Shown here piece after piece: positions 27,655 to 38,100 of a stretch of 64,000 nt of DNA (positions within the stretch are counted from its first letter, which is position 1; each line of letters begins with the position of its first letter). Both the position numbers and the translations under genes were made by a program. The stretch lies in NCBI GenBank assembly GCA_963828165.1, contig CAWHDR010000001.1:268775-332774 (forward strand). The letters run 5' to 3'. The DNA comes from an uncultured Chloroflexia bacterium (GTDB lineage Bacteria > Chloroflexota > Limnocylindria > Limnocylindrales > CSP1-4). Under the pieces are notes generated by a model, which made no database searches, was not told the DNA's origin, and saw nothing but the letters and a program-made list of their open reading frames with translations.

Positions 27655-29234
27655 TCCAGTCGCGGACCGGGACCCTCGGCGCGCTGTCGCGCTCCTCGAT
27701 CGTGCTGTCCGTGATCGTGGGCGTCGTCGCGCTCGCGGTGTACGTCCGGACGCTGCTCCCAGGACTCGCGTTCGGCGACTGGGGGGAGATGCAGACCGTT
27801 CCCCATGTCCTGGGCGTCGCCCATCCGACGGGCTACCCGACGTACCTCATCCTGTCGTGGCTGGCGCACCTCGTGCCCATCGGCTCGATCGCGTTCCGTG
27901 CGAATCTCCTGTCGGCGGTCCTGGTGGCGGGCGCCCTCGGGGTGACCGTCGCGATCCTGGCTCGGTTGGGCACCCGTCCGGCTATCGCGGGCGGAGCGGC
28001 GCTCGTGCTCGGCGCCGTGGGCACGGTGTGGGCCGCAGCTACGGTCGCCGAGGTCAACCCGCTCCACCTGTTGTTCGTCGCCCTGCTGCTGCACCGTGCG
28101 CTCGTCTGGGAGGAGCATCGAAGGCCGCGCGACCTCATCCTGGGTGCCGCCCTCCTCGGTCTGGCGCTAGGCAACCACCTGCTGACGCTGTTCGTCGCTC
28201 CGTTCGTCGTGCTCTTCGTCCTGTGGGTCGGACGGCGGGAGATCGTCGCCAGCCCACGGCTCCTCGTCGGGGCCGTCGCCGCTGGTCTGATCTCGGCCAG
28301 CGTCTATCTCTACATCCCGATCGCGGCGGCGGCGGACCCGCCCCTGCCGTACAACCATCCTGTCAGCCTCGAAGCAGTCCTGTGGCTCGTCAGCGGAGCC
28401 CAGTTCCGGAGTCAGTTCGCGTTCCTCTCGGCGAGCGGAGCGTCCGAGTTCGTCGCCTCGCTGCCTGCGCTGTGGGAGGTCCTTGCGGGCCGCGCGACGC
28501 CGCTCCTGCCGATCGTGGGCGGCGTCGGCGTGGCGTTGCTGGTCCGCCAGCGGCCGGCGTTCGGGCTGATGTGCGTGGCCATCCTGACCATCAATCTCTA
28601 CATCTGGGCCACGTACCTGCGCCTCGAGCACTACCTGCTCGTTCCGTGGCTGATCCTGGTGCTCGGGGCCGGGGTCGCACTCGAGGTGGTCGCGAGAACG
28701 CTGGTGGCCCGGGCGCCGTCGAGTGCGGCCACAGCCGGCGTCGGCGTGCTCGTCGGGGCGGCGACCGTGGCCCTGGCGGTCGGCCTGGCCGGGGCGAACT
28801 GGGCGACCGCGGACCGGAGCACCGATCGCAGCGCCGACGCCTTCGTGGAGGCCGTCATGACCACGCTGCCAACGGACGCCGCGATCCTGTCCGAGTGGGA
28901 TGCGTCGACGCCGCTGTGGCACGCCCAGTACGTCCTCGACCGACGCCCCGACCTCCTCATCGTCGACGACACGAACATCGTCTACGAGGGCTGGGGCTCC
29001 CGCGAGAACCGCATCGCGTCCCTGATCTGTGACCGTCCCGTGTTCATCCTGCGCCTGAGCGATGCCGATCTCGTGCCGACGCGGGCCGCCTATCGGCTCG
29101 AGCCGTTCATGACGGTCATGGTCGCCTTGGGCGGACCCTCGGCGTCGGTGAGCCGGCCGATCCACCGGGTCGGGCCGCTGGATTCGGCCGTGTGCCGTGG
29201 CATGGCGCAGGACTCAGGGGCGGCGGCGGACTGA
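27651..29234 (+). CDS. DUF2723-family polytopic membrane protein (PMT/ArnT-like glycosyltransferase fold)
   Basis: Probable GTG start at 27651 (GTGA overlap). About 11 TM segments and a DUF2723-like N-terminus (YVRTLLPGLAFGDWGEMQTVPHVLGVAHPTGYPTY). Confidence 0.6.
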   Translation: MIQSRTGTLGALSRSSIVLSVIVGVVALAVYVRTLLPGLAFGDWGEMQTVPHVLGVAHPTGYPTYLILSWLAHLVPIGSIAFRANLLSAVLVAGALGVTVAILARLGTRPAIAGGAALVLGAVGTVWAAATVAEVNPLHLLFVALLLHRALVWEEHRRPRDLILGAALLGLALGNHLLTLFVAPFVVLFVLWVGRREIVASPRLLVGAVAAGLISASVYLYIPIAAAADPPLPYNHPVSLEAVLWLVSGAQFRSQFAFLSASGASEFVASLPALWEVLAGRATPLLPIVGGVGVALLVRQRPAFGLMCVAILTINLYIWATYLRLEHYLLVPWLILVLGAGVALEVVARTLVARAPSSAATAGVGVLVGAATVALAVGLAGANWATADRSTDRSADAFVEAVMTTLPTDAAILSEWDASTPLWHAQYVLDRRPDLLIVDDTNIVYEGWGSRENRIASLICDRPVFILRLSDADLVPTRAAYRLEPFMTVMVALGGPSASVSRPIHRVGPLDSAVCRGMAQDSGAAAD

Positions 29235-29277
29235 GCGCGGCTGAGTCGCGACAACGCCGGGTTGATCGATGCGCCGG

Positions 29278-31008
29278 TCAGCGGCGAGGGGGCACGCAGT
29301 CCTCGCCAGCACCGCGCGCGGCGTTCCACAGGCCGCGCCGGGCGCCTTCGAGCCGATCCAGCCCGGCCATGGCCGACGACTCGACCTCCCGCCCGACACG
29401 TTCGCGAACCTCCCTGGCCAGCACCCGCGCCCAGCGCCGGCCGAGCCATCCCGCGTGGGCGCCAAGCATCCGAGCGATGAGATACCCCGCCAGCAGGGCC
29501 GCCACGAGAACGATGAAGGGGATCGGCAGCTGACCGAGGATCGGCACGCTGACCGAGTCGACGGGGAACTTGATGAGCACCCACAGGACCACCCATACAC
29601 CGGCGAAGATCAGGGCCAGCGTGGCCACGGTCTGCAGGAGCCCGATGACCGTCCAGAGACGGCTCGTGGGCACGTCGGTCCCGCGCGTGGAGATCGCCCG
29701 GTCCACGGCCCGTGCCAGGTTCGTTCCGACCGATCTCGGTTCCATGCTCGTGGCGAGCGAGGCGCGAACGGCGGGCGGGGCGTCTCGTAGCGGCGCCTCG
29801 ACCGCGCGGCGAAGGACATCGAGCGCGGGCGCGAGCGAGCCGCGGTCCCGCCAACGGGACAGGAAGGCAACCGGATCTGCGACCCGTGCCTGCCGGCCCG
29901 ACCATCGGTAGATCCGCGAGGTGACCCCGGCAAGTGGCCCCGCTCCCCTGGCCCGAGCCCGCGCGCGGGTCGCCGCCACGGCCTGGCGCTCGGCCGCGGG
30001 CAGGTCTACGACGCGCAGCACCTCGTCGGTGACACGGTCGCTCGTGGCCCGTCGCGACGCCCCGTCGAGGAACGGCTTCGCCCTCGCCGTCGAGTCCACG
30101 CCGGCCGTGCTGGCCAGTGCGGTCACCGCGGCGGCGATCGAGGTGACCAGGTGCGCTCGAACCACGCGCTTGGCCTCGACGGCGCCGGCGAGCCATTCAC
30201 GCAGCGGGTCGATGCCGCCGGCATCTGATCCACGCGCCGAGGTCAGCAGGACCGGGACCCGGAAGCCGCGAGCGCCGCCTCGTGCCATCGCGGCCAGGTC
30301 ACGCTCAAGGTCGCGCCGGACGCGGGTGGCGTCGTCGCTCGAGAGGCGGTCGGTCTTGTTGAGCACGACGACCTGCCGCTCCAGCCGAGGCAGCCACGTG
30401 GCGAGGAAATCGTCGTGGAGGATCGCGTCGTGGTACTTCTCCGGATCCGTCACCCAGACAACGGCGTCCACGCGCGGCAGGATCGACTCGACGCGCTGCC
30501 GATGCTCCTCCTCGATGGAATCGAGATCCGGCAGGTCGAGGATCGCGACGTTCCCGAGCGTTTCCTCCGCATGGTCGCGAACCTCATGATCGGGGATCCC
30601 GAGCCATCCCAGGAGACCACCCAGGTCGGGGCGGCTCGCTCGCGGGACCCACGCAAGCGGGTGGGCCGTTGTCGGGCGGCGCACCGAGGCGTCGCTGACC
30701 GGCGATCCGGCAAGGGCATTGAGCAGGCTGGACTTCCCGACGCCGGTTCCCCCGACGAGGGCAAGGACATAGGTCTCCGCCGGGAACCCGAGACGCCCCG
30801 AGACCTCGCCTGCCACGGCCCGGGCGTCATCGATCGGGACGCCGAGCACGACCGCCGCGGCGATGGCCTCGTCGAGCCGCCGGAGACAGGCGCCGATCCC
30901 GTGATCCCCCAGCGACGGGGCCGCCCAGTCGGGCAGCGTCTGATCGGACAGCGCCGGCACGGCCGAGACCTCGCGCGTGGTGGTTCGAAGCCGCTCGGCG
31001 ATGCTCAT
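29278..31008 (-). CDS. dynamin-like GTPase (bacterial dynamin-like protein), downstream member of pair, with C-terminal membrane hairpin
   Basis: Start trimmed to ATG 31008 (MSIAERLR). P-loop (LVGGTGVGKSSLLNALAG), G3 (ILDLPDLDS), G4 (VLNKTDRL). Two adjacent TM helices near the C-terminus. ATGA overlap with the upstream GTPase. Confidence 0.7.
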   Translation of the reverse strand: MSIAERLRTTTREVSAVPALSDQTLPDWAAPSLGDHGIGACLRRLDEAIAAAVVLGVPIDDARAVAGEVSGRLGFPAETYVLALVGGTGVGKSSLLNALAGSPVSDASVRRPTTAHPLAWVPRASRPDLGGLLGWLGIPDHEVRDHAEETLGNVAILDLPDLDSIEEEHRQRVESILPRVDAVVWVTDPEKYHDAILHDDFLATWLPRLERQVVVLNKTDRLSSDDATRVRRDLERDLAAMARGGARGFRVPVLLTSARGSDAGGIDPLREWLAGAVEAKRVVRAHLVTSIAAAVTALASTAGVDSTARAKPFLDGASRRATSDRVTDEVLRVVDLPAAERQAVAATRARARARGAGPLAGVTSRIYRWSGRQARVADPVAFLSRWRDRGSLAPALDVLRRAVEAPLRDAPPAVRASLATSMEPRSVGTNLARAVDRAISTRGTDVPTSRLWTVIGLLQTVATLALIFAGVWVVLWVLIKFPVDSVSVPILGQLPIPFIVLVAALLAGYLIARMLGAHAGWLGRRWARVLAREVRERVGREVESSAMAGLDRLEGARRGLWNAARGAGEDCVPPRR

Positions 31009-32882
31009 CCCTGGTTGGGCGCGGCAATGTCGACCGCCTCGGCGTCGGCCCGGACCGGTTCGGGCGCGTCGCCGTCGCGTGCTCCCCGGAACAGCCCGAG
31101 CGCGTCCATGGGCACGGTGGCCGGCAGGCGGCGGGTCTCCTCTGCCGCCGCCCGAAGGTCGGCCGCCAGCGTGTCGAGCTCCTCGGGGGCCACGGCAAGC
31201 ACGTCGAACCGGCGCTGCTCCTCCGCGAAGGTTTCGACGAGGGCGTCGTCGAGACGCTGGCGGGCTCGCGAGATCAACTCGACCATCGCGGCTTCCCCGA
31301 ACAGGGCGGCCAGCAGCTTCTGGTTGAGGAACGCCGTGGCGGCAGCCACACCGACCTCCGTCCCGGTCAGGCCGGCGGTATGGATGAACGATGCGAGCAT
31401 GACCCCCACGCCGATGGCATTGACCCCGATCGAGGCGCCGCGCGCGAGGCGTCGCTTCCCCGCCCCGGTCTCGGCGATGTCGGTGCCGATGGACGCGATC
31501 CAGTCGTCCAGCCGGGCGCGCAGGCGCTCGTCGAAGCCCGCCGACGGGGCCCACAAGGCCGGGTCGGCCGCGACGGCATCGGCCACGGCACGTGTCTCAG
31601 ACCAGGCCGAGGCGGTCCGGCGCGCAGCTTCCGCAGCATGGAGCCGAGCCAGTGCAACCAGGTCGTCCGTCGTGGCCTCGCGGATCTCGGCGACTGGCGC
31701 CGTGGAGGGCCGGAAGATGCTCGCGATCGCACCGCGGACCGCCCCGATCCCCCGCGAGAAGATGCGCGTGATGTCGTCGGCGCCGACGTAGTCCTGCCAG
31801 TGCCGAAGCGCCTCTTCGCGAAGGAACGTGCCGTGGCTCACCGCGTCGCGGACCGCGGCGAGCGCGCGGTGGTGGTGGGTCGCGGCAAGCCGGCGGTCCG
31901 CAGCCGCGTCGATCGCCTCGTGGGCGGCGTCGTCGGCGACCTGGTCGAGGAGCGGGCCCAGGCCCGCCAATGAACCGGCGAGCGCCCGCGCGGCAAGCTC
32001 CAGACGAGCCTCGCGGTCCGCCCGCAGGTGCTCGATCCGGGCGGTCACAGGCGCGACCGCCGCCGCCCCGAGCGCCTCCTGCGCGGGATCGATATCGCCT
32101 TCCGTGACGCCCACCACCTCGAGGGCCACCTCCGACTCCTCGTCGGCTGGCCGCCCACCGAGGCCAGCCTCGGCGAACAGGCGCGCGACGTCGTCCAGCA
32201 CCTCGCGCCGGTCGTCGGCTTCGTCCGGCAGGCGGTTCACGACCACGACGAGCGGCAGGCCCCGCTCCCGGACACGACCGAGCACCAGCCACGGGACCCG
32301 ATCCGCGTAGCGGGTCGCCGTCGTCACGAACAGGCACAGGTCGGCCGCTTCGACCAGCTGGTCGGCGAGATCACGGTTGGCATGCTCGACGCTGTCGATG
32401 TCGGGGGCGTCAACGAGGGCGAGGCCCGGGGAGACGTTCGGATCCTCCTCGATCCGGAGCCGGCGGGGCTCGATCCGCGAGAGCGTGCCTCCCCGCAGGG
32501 CCAGCGCGTCGTCCGGGTGGGCAAGGACGATGGCCGTCCGGGTCGTCGGCCGGAGGACGCCCGTGGGGCTGGCCGCACGTCCCGCGATCGTGTTGAACAG
32601 GGTGCTCTTGCCGGCTCCCGTCGGACCGAGGAGGAGCACGACCAGGGGTGCGTCGAGGCTGCGGGCGCGGACGCGGACATGGCCCGCGAGGTGATCGCGC
32701 AGCCGCGCCGCGCGAGTGCGGGCGGCATCCGATGCCGGACGCAGCGCCGATCGCCGACCGGCGAGCTGCTCGATCCGGTCGACGAGCTCTCTGAGGCCGG
32801 TGGCCTGAACCCCCGGATCGGCCGCCTGCGCCTGGGTGCGGTCATCCACCGTCACAGGGTCACCCCGGCGCGCCGCGCGCAC
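31005..32882 (-). CDS. dynamin-like GTPase (bacterial dynamin-like protein), upstream member of pair
   Basis: P-loop (LLGPTGAGKSTLFNTIAG), G3 (LVDAPDIDS), G4 (VVNRLPDE). Long helical stalk-like C-terminal region. Confidence 0.7.
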   Translation of the reverse strand: MRAARRGDPVTVDDRTQAQAADPGVQATGLRELVDRIEQLAGRRSALRPASDAARTRAARLRDHLAGHVRVRARSLDAPLVVLLLGPTGAGKSTLFNTIAGRAASPTGVLRPTTRTAIVLAHPDDALALRGGTLSRIEPRRLRIEEDPNVSPGLALVDAPDIDSVEHANRDLADQLVEAADLCLFVTTATRYADRVPWLVLGRVRERGLPLVVVVNRLPDEADDRREVLDDVARLFAEAGLGGRPADEESEVALEVVGVTEGDIDPAQEALGAAAVAPVTARIEHLRADREARLELAARALAGSLAGLGPLLDQVADDAAHEAIDAAADRRLAATHHHRALAAVRDAVSHGTFLREEALRHWQDYVGADDITRIFSRGIGAVRGAIASIFRPSTAPVAEIREATTDDLVALARLHAAEAARRTASAWSETRAVADAVAADPALWAPSAGFDERLRARLDDWIASIGTDIAETGAGKRRLARGASIGVNAIGVGVMLASFIHTAGLTGTEVGVAAATAFLNQKLLAALFGEAAMVELISRARQRLDDALVETFAEEQRRFDVLAVAPEELDTLAADLRAAAEETRRLPATVPMDALGLFRGARDGDAPEPVRADAEAVDIAAPNQG

Positions 32883-33104
32883 ACCGCAGAAGCCCGGCCC
32901 GCTCTTTCGGTTCTGTTGCAGACCACGGTCATGGATTCCAGGTCATTTGACGTAGCGAAGGTGGTCATCCGTCGACAAATCGCCCCTCGAGCCCCGATCG
33001 GTTGAAGGAATGGCCGGCCGGCCGGCTCATACGTGATGAACCGGCGACCCCGCCGGATCAGAGGACAGGGCACCACGGTGCCGGATCAAGAAGGAACCAT
33101 CGAA

Positions 33105-33770
33105 ATGACAACCCGAGTGCAGGATCGCCCGAACCGGTCCACGCAGAGTACCCTCCTCGCGTCGATCGCGGCCGGCGTAGCCCTCGCCGCCGTCGTGGCG
33201 TTCACGGCGTTTGGCAGTGGCGGGGACGGTAACGACGACCCGGTCGTTGCCCCGATCGCGAACCCGAGCCCGAGTCCGACCGCGCCGGTCACGCCGGTTC
33301 CCGTCCCGATCGAGACGCCGGCGCCCGCGCCGGTTGCGGTCCCGGACGAGACTCCGGCGCCGACAGACGCTTCCGAAGACGGCGGCTCCGACGCCATGCC
33401 GATCACGGTAGAGCTCGAGACCGCGACGGGCGCGGACGTCTATGTCGACATCGCCGACACCACGGGCCTCCTCGTTGACGCGCGATCCGGAACGCCCGGC
33501 GAGGGCATGTCGGTGGAGACGCTCGTGGCCGAGAACGTCGATGCGACGACGCTGAAGCTGACGTGGGCCGATTTCCCGATCGACAACGCGCTGGCCCTCT
33601 ACATCGACGAACACGAAGGTGGCATCCGCCTCCTGCTGGTCCAGCCGGAGCCCAGTGGCCCGGCCGATGCCATCGGGTTCGACCGGGAGCTGATCCTGAC
33701 ATTCTCGGAGCCGATCTCCGCCGACGACGTCGAGACCCTCCTCGTCGAAGGGCTCGACACCCCGGGCTGA
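33105..33770 (+). CDS. secreted/membrane-anchored Pro-rich hypothetical protein
   Basis: ATG 33105 with AAGGAA upstream. An N-terminal TM/signal segment, a Pro/Thr-rich linker, then an acidic C-terminal domain. Confidence 0.45.
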   Translation: MTTRVQDRPNRSTQSTLLASIAAGVALAAVVAFTAFGSGGDGNDDPVVAPIANPSPSPTAPVTPVPVPIETPAPAPVAVPDETPAPTDASEDGGSDAMPITVELETATGADVYVDIADTTGLLVDARSGTPGEGMSVETLVAENVDATTLKLTWADFPIDNALALYIDEHEGGIRLLLVQPEPSGPADAIGFDRELILTFSEPISADDVETLLVEGLDTPG

Positions 33771-33786
33771 TCGTGCGACCCGAAGA

Positions 33787-33826
33787 TGCCCGCTCCGACC
33801 GCCAGTCGGGGCGGGCTCTCTCGTTC
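33787..33826. terminator. putative bidirectional intrinsic terminator between convergent genes
   Basis: GC stem gcccgc...gcgggc with a 16-nt loop, followed by tctctcgttct. Confidence 0.3.
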
Positions 33827-34239
33827 TAGATCGCGCGCATCCGGTTGTTCTTCGGGTCGTGCGTGACCTCCGCCAGCCCGAGCGCCTCCATCAAGGGCGG
33901 CATGTACACACCGAACCGGCCGCGAAGGCCCTTCTTGAGGCCGTACCAGCCGCCGAGCGGGTTGTCGGCGGAGCGGCCCCAAGCCTCGACGCTCCCCTCG
34001 GGCGCCGGCTTCTGCTCGTCAGCACCGCCAAGCGGCACCCAGTCGCCCTGCTCCTTGAGCATGCGATGGAGGTCGTCGATCGCCCGCGCGTCGTAGAGGA
34101 GGCGGGTCCCGCCGACCTGGCACACGATGGCCGGAGGGTCGGCGGCATCGTCTCGATACATCTGGTATTCCGACGTCCCCGGAGGTGTCTTGAGGACCCA
34201 CGGATCGTCCTTGGTGCCGCTGCCGCTGAAATTCGCCAT
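33826..34239 (-). CDS. conserved hypothetical protein
   Basis: 137-aa ORF with a compositionally normal sequence (MANFSGSGTKDDPWVLKTPPGTSEYQMYRDD...). Confidence 0.5.
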   Translation of the reverse strand: MANFSGSGTKDDPWVLKTPPGTSEYQMYRDDAADPPAIVCQVGGTRLLYDARAIDDLHRMLKEQGDWVPLGGADEQKPAPEGSVEAWGRSADNPLGGWYGLKKGLRGRFGVYMPPLMEALGLAEVTHDPKNNRMRAI

Positions 34240-34333
34240 GGTGCGTGCCTCCCCTGCGTACCGATCACCCGACCGGAGCCCTCAGGCTAGCAGCACGCGT
34301 AAACCGTCAGGGCGGTTCCAGGACGCCTCGGGG

Positions 34334-34817
34334 CTACCTGTTCGAAGTGCCGGAGAGAGCCGGCACCCCGGAAGCGCCGCCGAGGAACACCCGTAACTCC
34401 GTAGCCAGCTTCTCCGGGATCTCCTCCGCCATGTGGTGACCCGACGCGACCTCGTGTCCCCGGACGTCGTCCGCCCACGCGCGCCAGATCGCGAGCGGGT
34501 CGCCGTACAGGTCGCCGAGGTCGTCGTCCGCCGCCCATAGCACGAGGACCGGCGCTGCAACCTTCCGGCCAGCGGCCCTGTCGGCGTCATCGGCCGACCG
34601 ATCGACCCCCAGGCCGGCCCGGTAGTCCTCCATCATCGCGTGGACCGTGGCCGGGTCGTGGATGGCGCGGCGGTAGTCCTCGTGGTTCTCGATGCCCATC
34701 GCGACCGGGTCGTTCTGGACCATGCAGCAGCAAGACGGGTGGTCCGGCGCCGGCACGCCGCACGCGCAGGACGACCTCGCCCACGTCGACGCGGTCGAGG
34801 GTGAAGCCGTCGAACAC
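34334..34817 (-). pseudogene. alpha/beta-hydrolase (haloacetate dehalogenase/epoxide hydrolase-like) remnant with internal deletion and frameshift
   Basis: An N-terminal fragment (MFDGFTLDRVDVGEVVLRVRRAGAGPPVLLLHG, ORF 34587..34817) lies in one frame and a C-terminal cap/His region (EDYRAG...PVLVLWAADDD...ASGHHMAEEIP, ORF 34334..34954) in another. About 120 aa including the nucleophile elbow are missing. Confidence 0.6.
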
Positions 34818-34862
34818 GCGCTCAGGGTCGGGGTCGAGGCGCGGGGCGTTGGCGTCGGCGCT

Positions 34863-35060
34863 CTAGCTCTTCTTGCGGTCTCCGCGGTCCCCCTGCCCAG
34901 GCTTGGCCGTGGCCTTGGCCTGCTGGCGCTGGTCGGCGGCCAGGGATCGGCCAACCTCCACCTGGTCGGTCGTGAACCTGCCCTGGTCGTCGCGTCGGAT
35001 GTAGCGCTTGCTGGTGCCGGTGTCGAGGAGTTCGCGTTGGCCTGGCATGAGAGCCTCCAT
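34863..35060 (-). CDS. small hypothetical protein (65 aa)
   Basis: ATG with a GGAGG 5 nt upstream of the second Met. Charged, low-complexity C-terminus. Confidence 0.25.
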   Translation of the reverse strand: MEALMPGQRELLDTGTSKRYIRRDDQGRFTTDQVEVGRSLAADQRQQAKATAKPGQGDRGDRKKS

Positions 35061-35142
35061 GCTGTTCCCCGTCATGGTCGGCCGCGGACCGATTCGCGCA
35101 TCCGACCCCCGGCCGGGACCGGCATTGCATCGCGCTTGCGGG

Positions 35143-38100
35143 TCAGGCGGCGTCCGACCCCGCGGCGAGGAGGAGCGTGGCAAGATCCCCGGCAGCCAGC
35201 GGGCGTGCGAAGAGGTACCCCTGGCCTAGCTTGGCGCCCAGGCGCACGAGGCGATCGAGTTGCTCTTCGGTCTCCACTCCCTCGGCGACGGTCTCGAGAT
35301 GCAGGGTCTGCCCGATCTTCACGATGGAGCGGACCAGGGCCGCAGCCTGGCGCGACGTCCCGATGTCCGCGATGAACGAGCGATCGATCTTGAGCACGTC
35401 GATCGGCAGTCGGGACAGGTAGCTCAGCGACGAATAGCCAGTGCCGAAGTCGTCGATGGCGATCTGCACGCCCAGCGCCTTGAGGCCTTCCAATGCTGCC
35501 AGGCTCGCCCCGGCTTCCTCGACCAGGACGCCCTCCGTGATCTCGAGCGTCAGGTCTGCGGGTTCGAGACCGGACTCTTCGAGCGCCAGCTGGACGTGCT
35601 CGATGATCGAGCCGTGGAGCAGCTGACGCGGCGAGATGTTGACGCTGAGTCGCAGGTCGTCGGGACCGTCGGCGGACGCGCGCCAGCCCTGGACCGTCCG
35701 GCAGGCCTCCACCAGGATCCATCGGCCAAGCGGCACGATGAGGTCGGCCGCTTCGGCAAGCGGGATGAACTGGGTCGGCTCGACGGCGCCGCGCGTCGGG
35801 TGCTTCCAACGTGCGAGCGCCTCGACACCGACGATCCGCCGCGTCGCCATCTCGACGATCGGCTGGTAGGCGACCGTGAGGTCGCCCCCGTCGATCGCCT
35901 GCTTGAGGTCGGCGCGCAGCTCGATCTCCGCCAGCCCCTCGCCCGCCATCGAGGCGTCGTAGATCTGCCACACCCCCTTGCCCCGGCCCTTGGCCGTGTA
36001 CATCGCCGCGTCCGCCTCGCGAAGCACGGCAGCGGCCTCCGACCCGGGGTGCCCGAACGCCAGTCCGATGCTGGCACGCGCGGTGATGCGGTGGCTCGCG
36101 ATCTCGAATGGCGGCAGGAACGCCGCGATGATGCGGTCCGCCACGCGCGTCGCTTCCTCCTGGGTCGTCTGCTCCAGCAGGACCGCGAACTCGTCGCCGC
36201 CCAACCTGGCCGCCGTGTCACTGGCCCGGACGAGCTCGCCCAGACGACGCGCGACCTCGATGAGGAGGCCGTCGCCCGCCGCGTGGCCCAGCCCGTCGTT
36301 GATGAGCTTGAAGTCGTCGACGTCGAAGAAGATGACGCCGACGGCTGCCTCGTCACGCCGCAGGAGCGCGTGGTCGAGGCGATCGGTGAACAACGCGCGA
36401 TTGGCGAGCCCCGTGAGTGAATCGTGGAACGCCTGGTGGCGGAGCTCGTCCTCGAGTCGCCGACGCTCGGTGATATCGTGGATCAACGCGCTGTAGTGCT
36501 GGGTGCCGCGGACCCGGACCGGCCAGATGGTCAGTTCGACCGGGAAGCGCCGGTCGGCCCGGTCCATGGCGGTGACCTCGACCCGGCGGCCGATCAACGG
36601 GCCGGTCCCGGTCGCGCTGAACCGGCGGAGGCCGGTTTCGTGGGCCGCGCGCTGCTCCTCGGGGATGATGAGCTCGCTCAGGCGCATCCCCATCGCGTCG
36701 TCGCGTGACCAGCCGAACGTCTCGGTAGCACGCTCGTTCCAGTCCGTCACACAGCCCTCGCCGTCGATGGCGACATAGGCCGAGCTCGCGGTGTCGATGA
36801 TCCGGCGCTGCTGTTCCTCGCTCGCGCGGACCGCCTCCTCGGCCTCCGTCTGTGCGGTGACGTCCATCAGCACGCCGTGGGACTGCAGGCGGCCATCGGG
36901 CAGTCGATGCAGGGTGGCCTCGTCGCGCACCCAGATCTCCCGCCCATCCCGGTTGCGGATGCGGAACGTCTGGTGCAGCGGCTCCCCGCTCATGAAGTGG
37001 ACGTTCTCGGCCGTCGTGATCTTGGCAAGGTCGTCCGGATGAACGCGCTCGTACCAGAGCTCGGGATCGCTCATCAGTTCGGCCGGCGTGTAGGACAGCA
37101 GGTCGACCGCCTGCGGGCTGACGTAGGTCAGCGCCGAGCGGGGGGACTCGGCCGTCCGCCGCTCGTCGATGTAGACCATGGCGGGGATCCGCTCGATCAG
37201 CCTGCGGTGCCTCGCCTCGGCCGCGGAGAGGTGCTCCGCGGATGCCTCGGCCTCGCGGACGGCGTTCGTTCGTTCGCGAACCAGCAGCACCTGGCGGATC
37301 ACTGCGGTGACGATCACGGCCCAGCCGAGGGGTCGGACGAGCAGGTTCTCGTCGCTCGTCGTCGTGGAGGCGACCAGGCACGCCACCGCGACGGCTACCG
37401 CGCCGAGCGGCAAGGCGTCGCGAAAGAACGTCGCCAGGCGGACGCTCTGCCACTCAACCCGGGACTCGAGTCGGAACGTGGCGCCGGCCAGACCGATGGC
37501 CATCGCTCCGATCGAGAACAGGTAGTTCGACCAGTGCCCGGGCGGCGTGATCACCGGGGCGGCGGCGACCCACTGCAGGTATCCGATGCCGTAGAGGAAC
37601 GTTCCGATCAACAGGGCATAGAGCCCGCCGTCGCGAACCCGCGCCCGCGTCGCGAGTGCGGCGATGAGGCCGGCGCCCGAAATGGACAGGCACGTGATCG
37701 GGAAGCTCAGGAGCAAGGCCCCCGCGAGGAAGTCGTGGTCCGTGACGAGATACCCGAACAGCAACGTCACCACGGTCGCGATGGCGAGGAACGTGATCAC
37801 GCAATCCAGGTAGAGGCCGAGCCGCTCGCGTCGATCGACCGCGTGCCGGACCGCGAGATCGAGCGCGAGCACGGCCGGGACCATGACCGCAAACGTCAGC
37901 AGGTCCGACGGAGATGGCACGACGACGACGCCGAGCATGCCCTGGGTCAACCAGGCGATCTGGGCGCCGAGCCAGATACCGGACACCGCGGCGAGCCTGG
38001 CCCGGATCCGGCGTTCGAGACCGACCGAGGCACGGAAGCCGCGGAATGCGAGCGCGAAGCCCACCGCGTAGAACGCCGTCCAGTGCACGTTCTCCCAGAG

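Noticed and set aside
35260-36420. 386-aa plus-strand ORF inside the GGDEF-EAL gene
   Set aside because: Antisense to a gene with intact GGDEF and EAL signatures.
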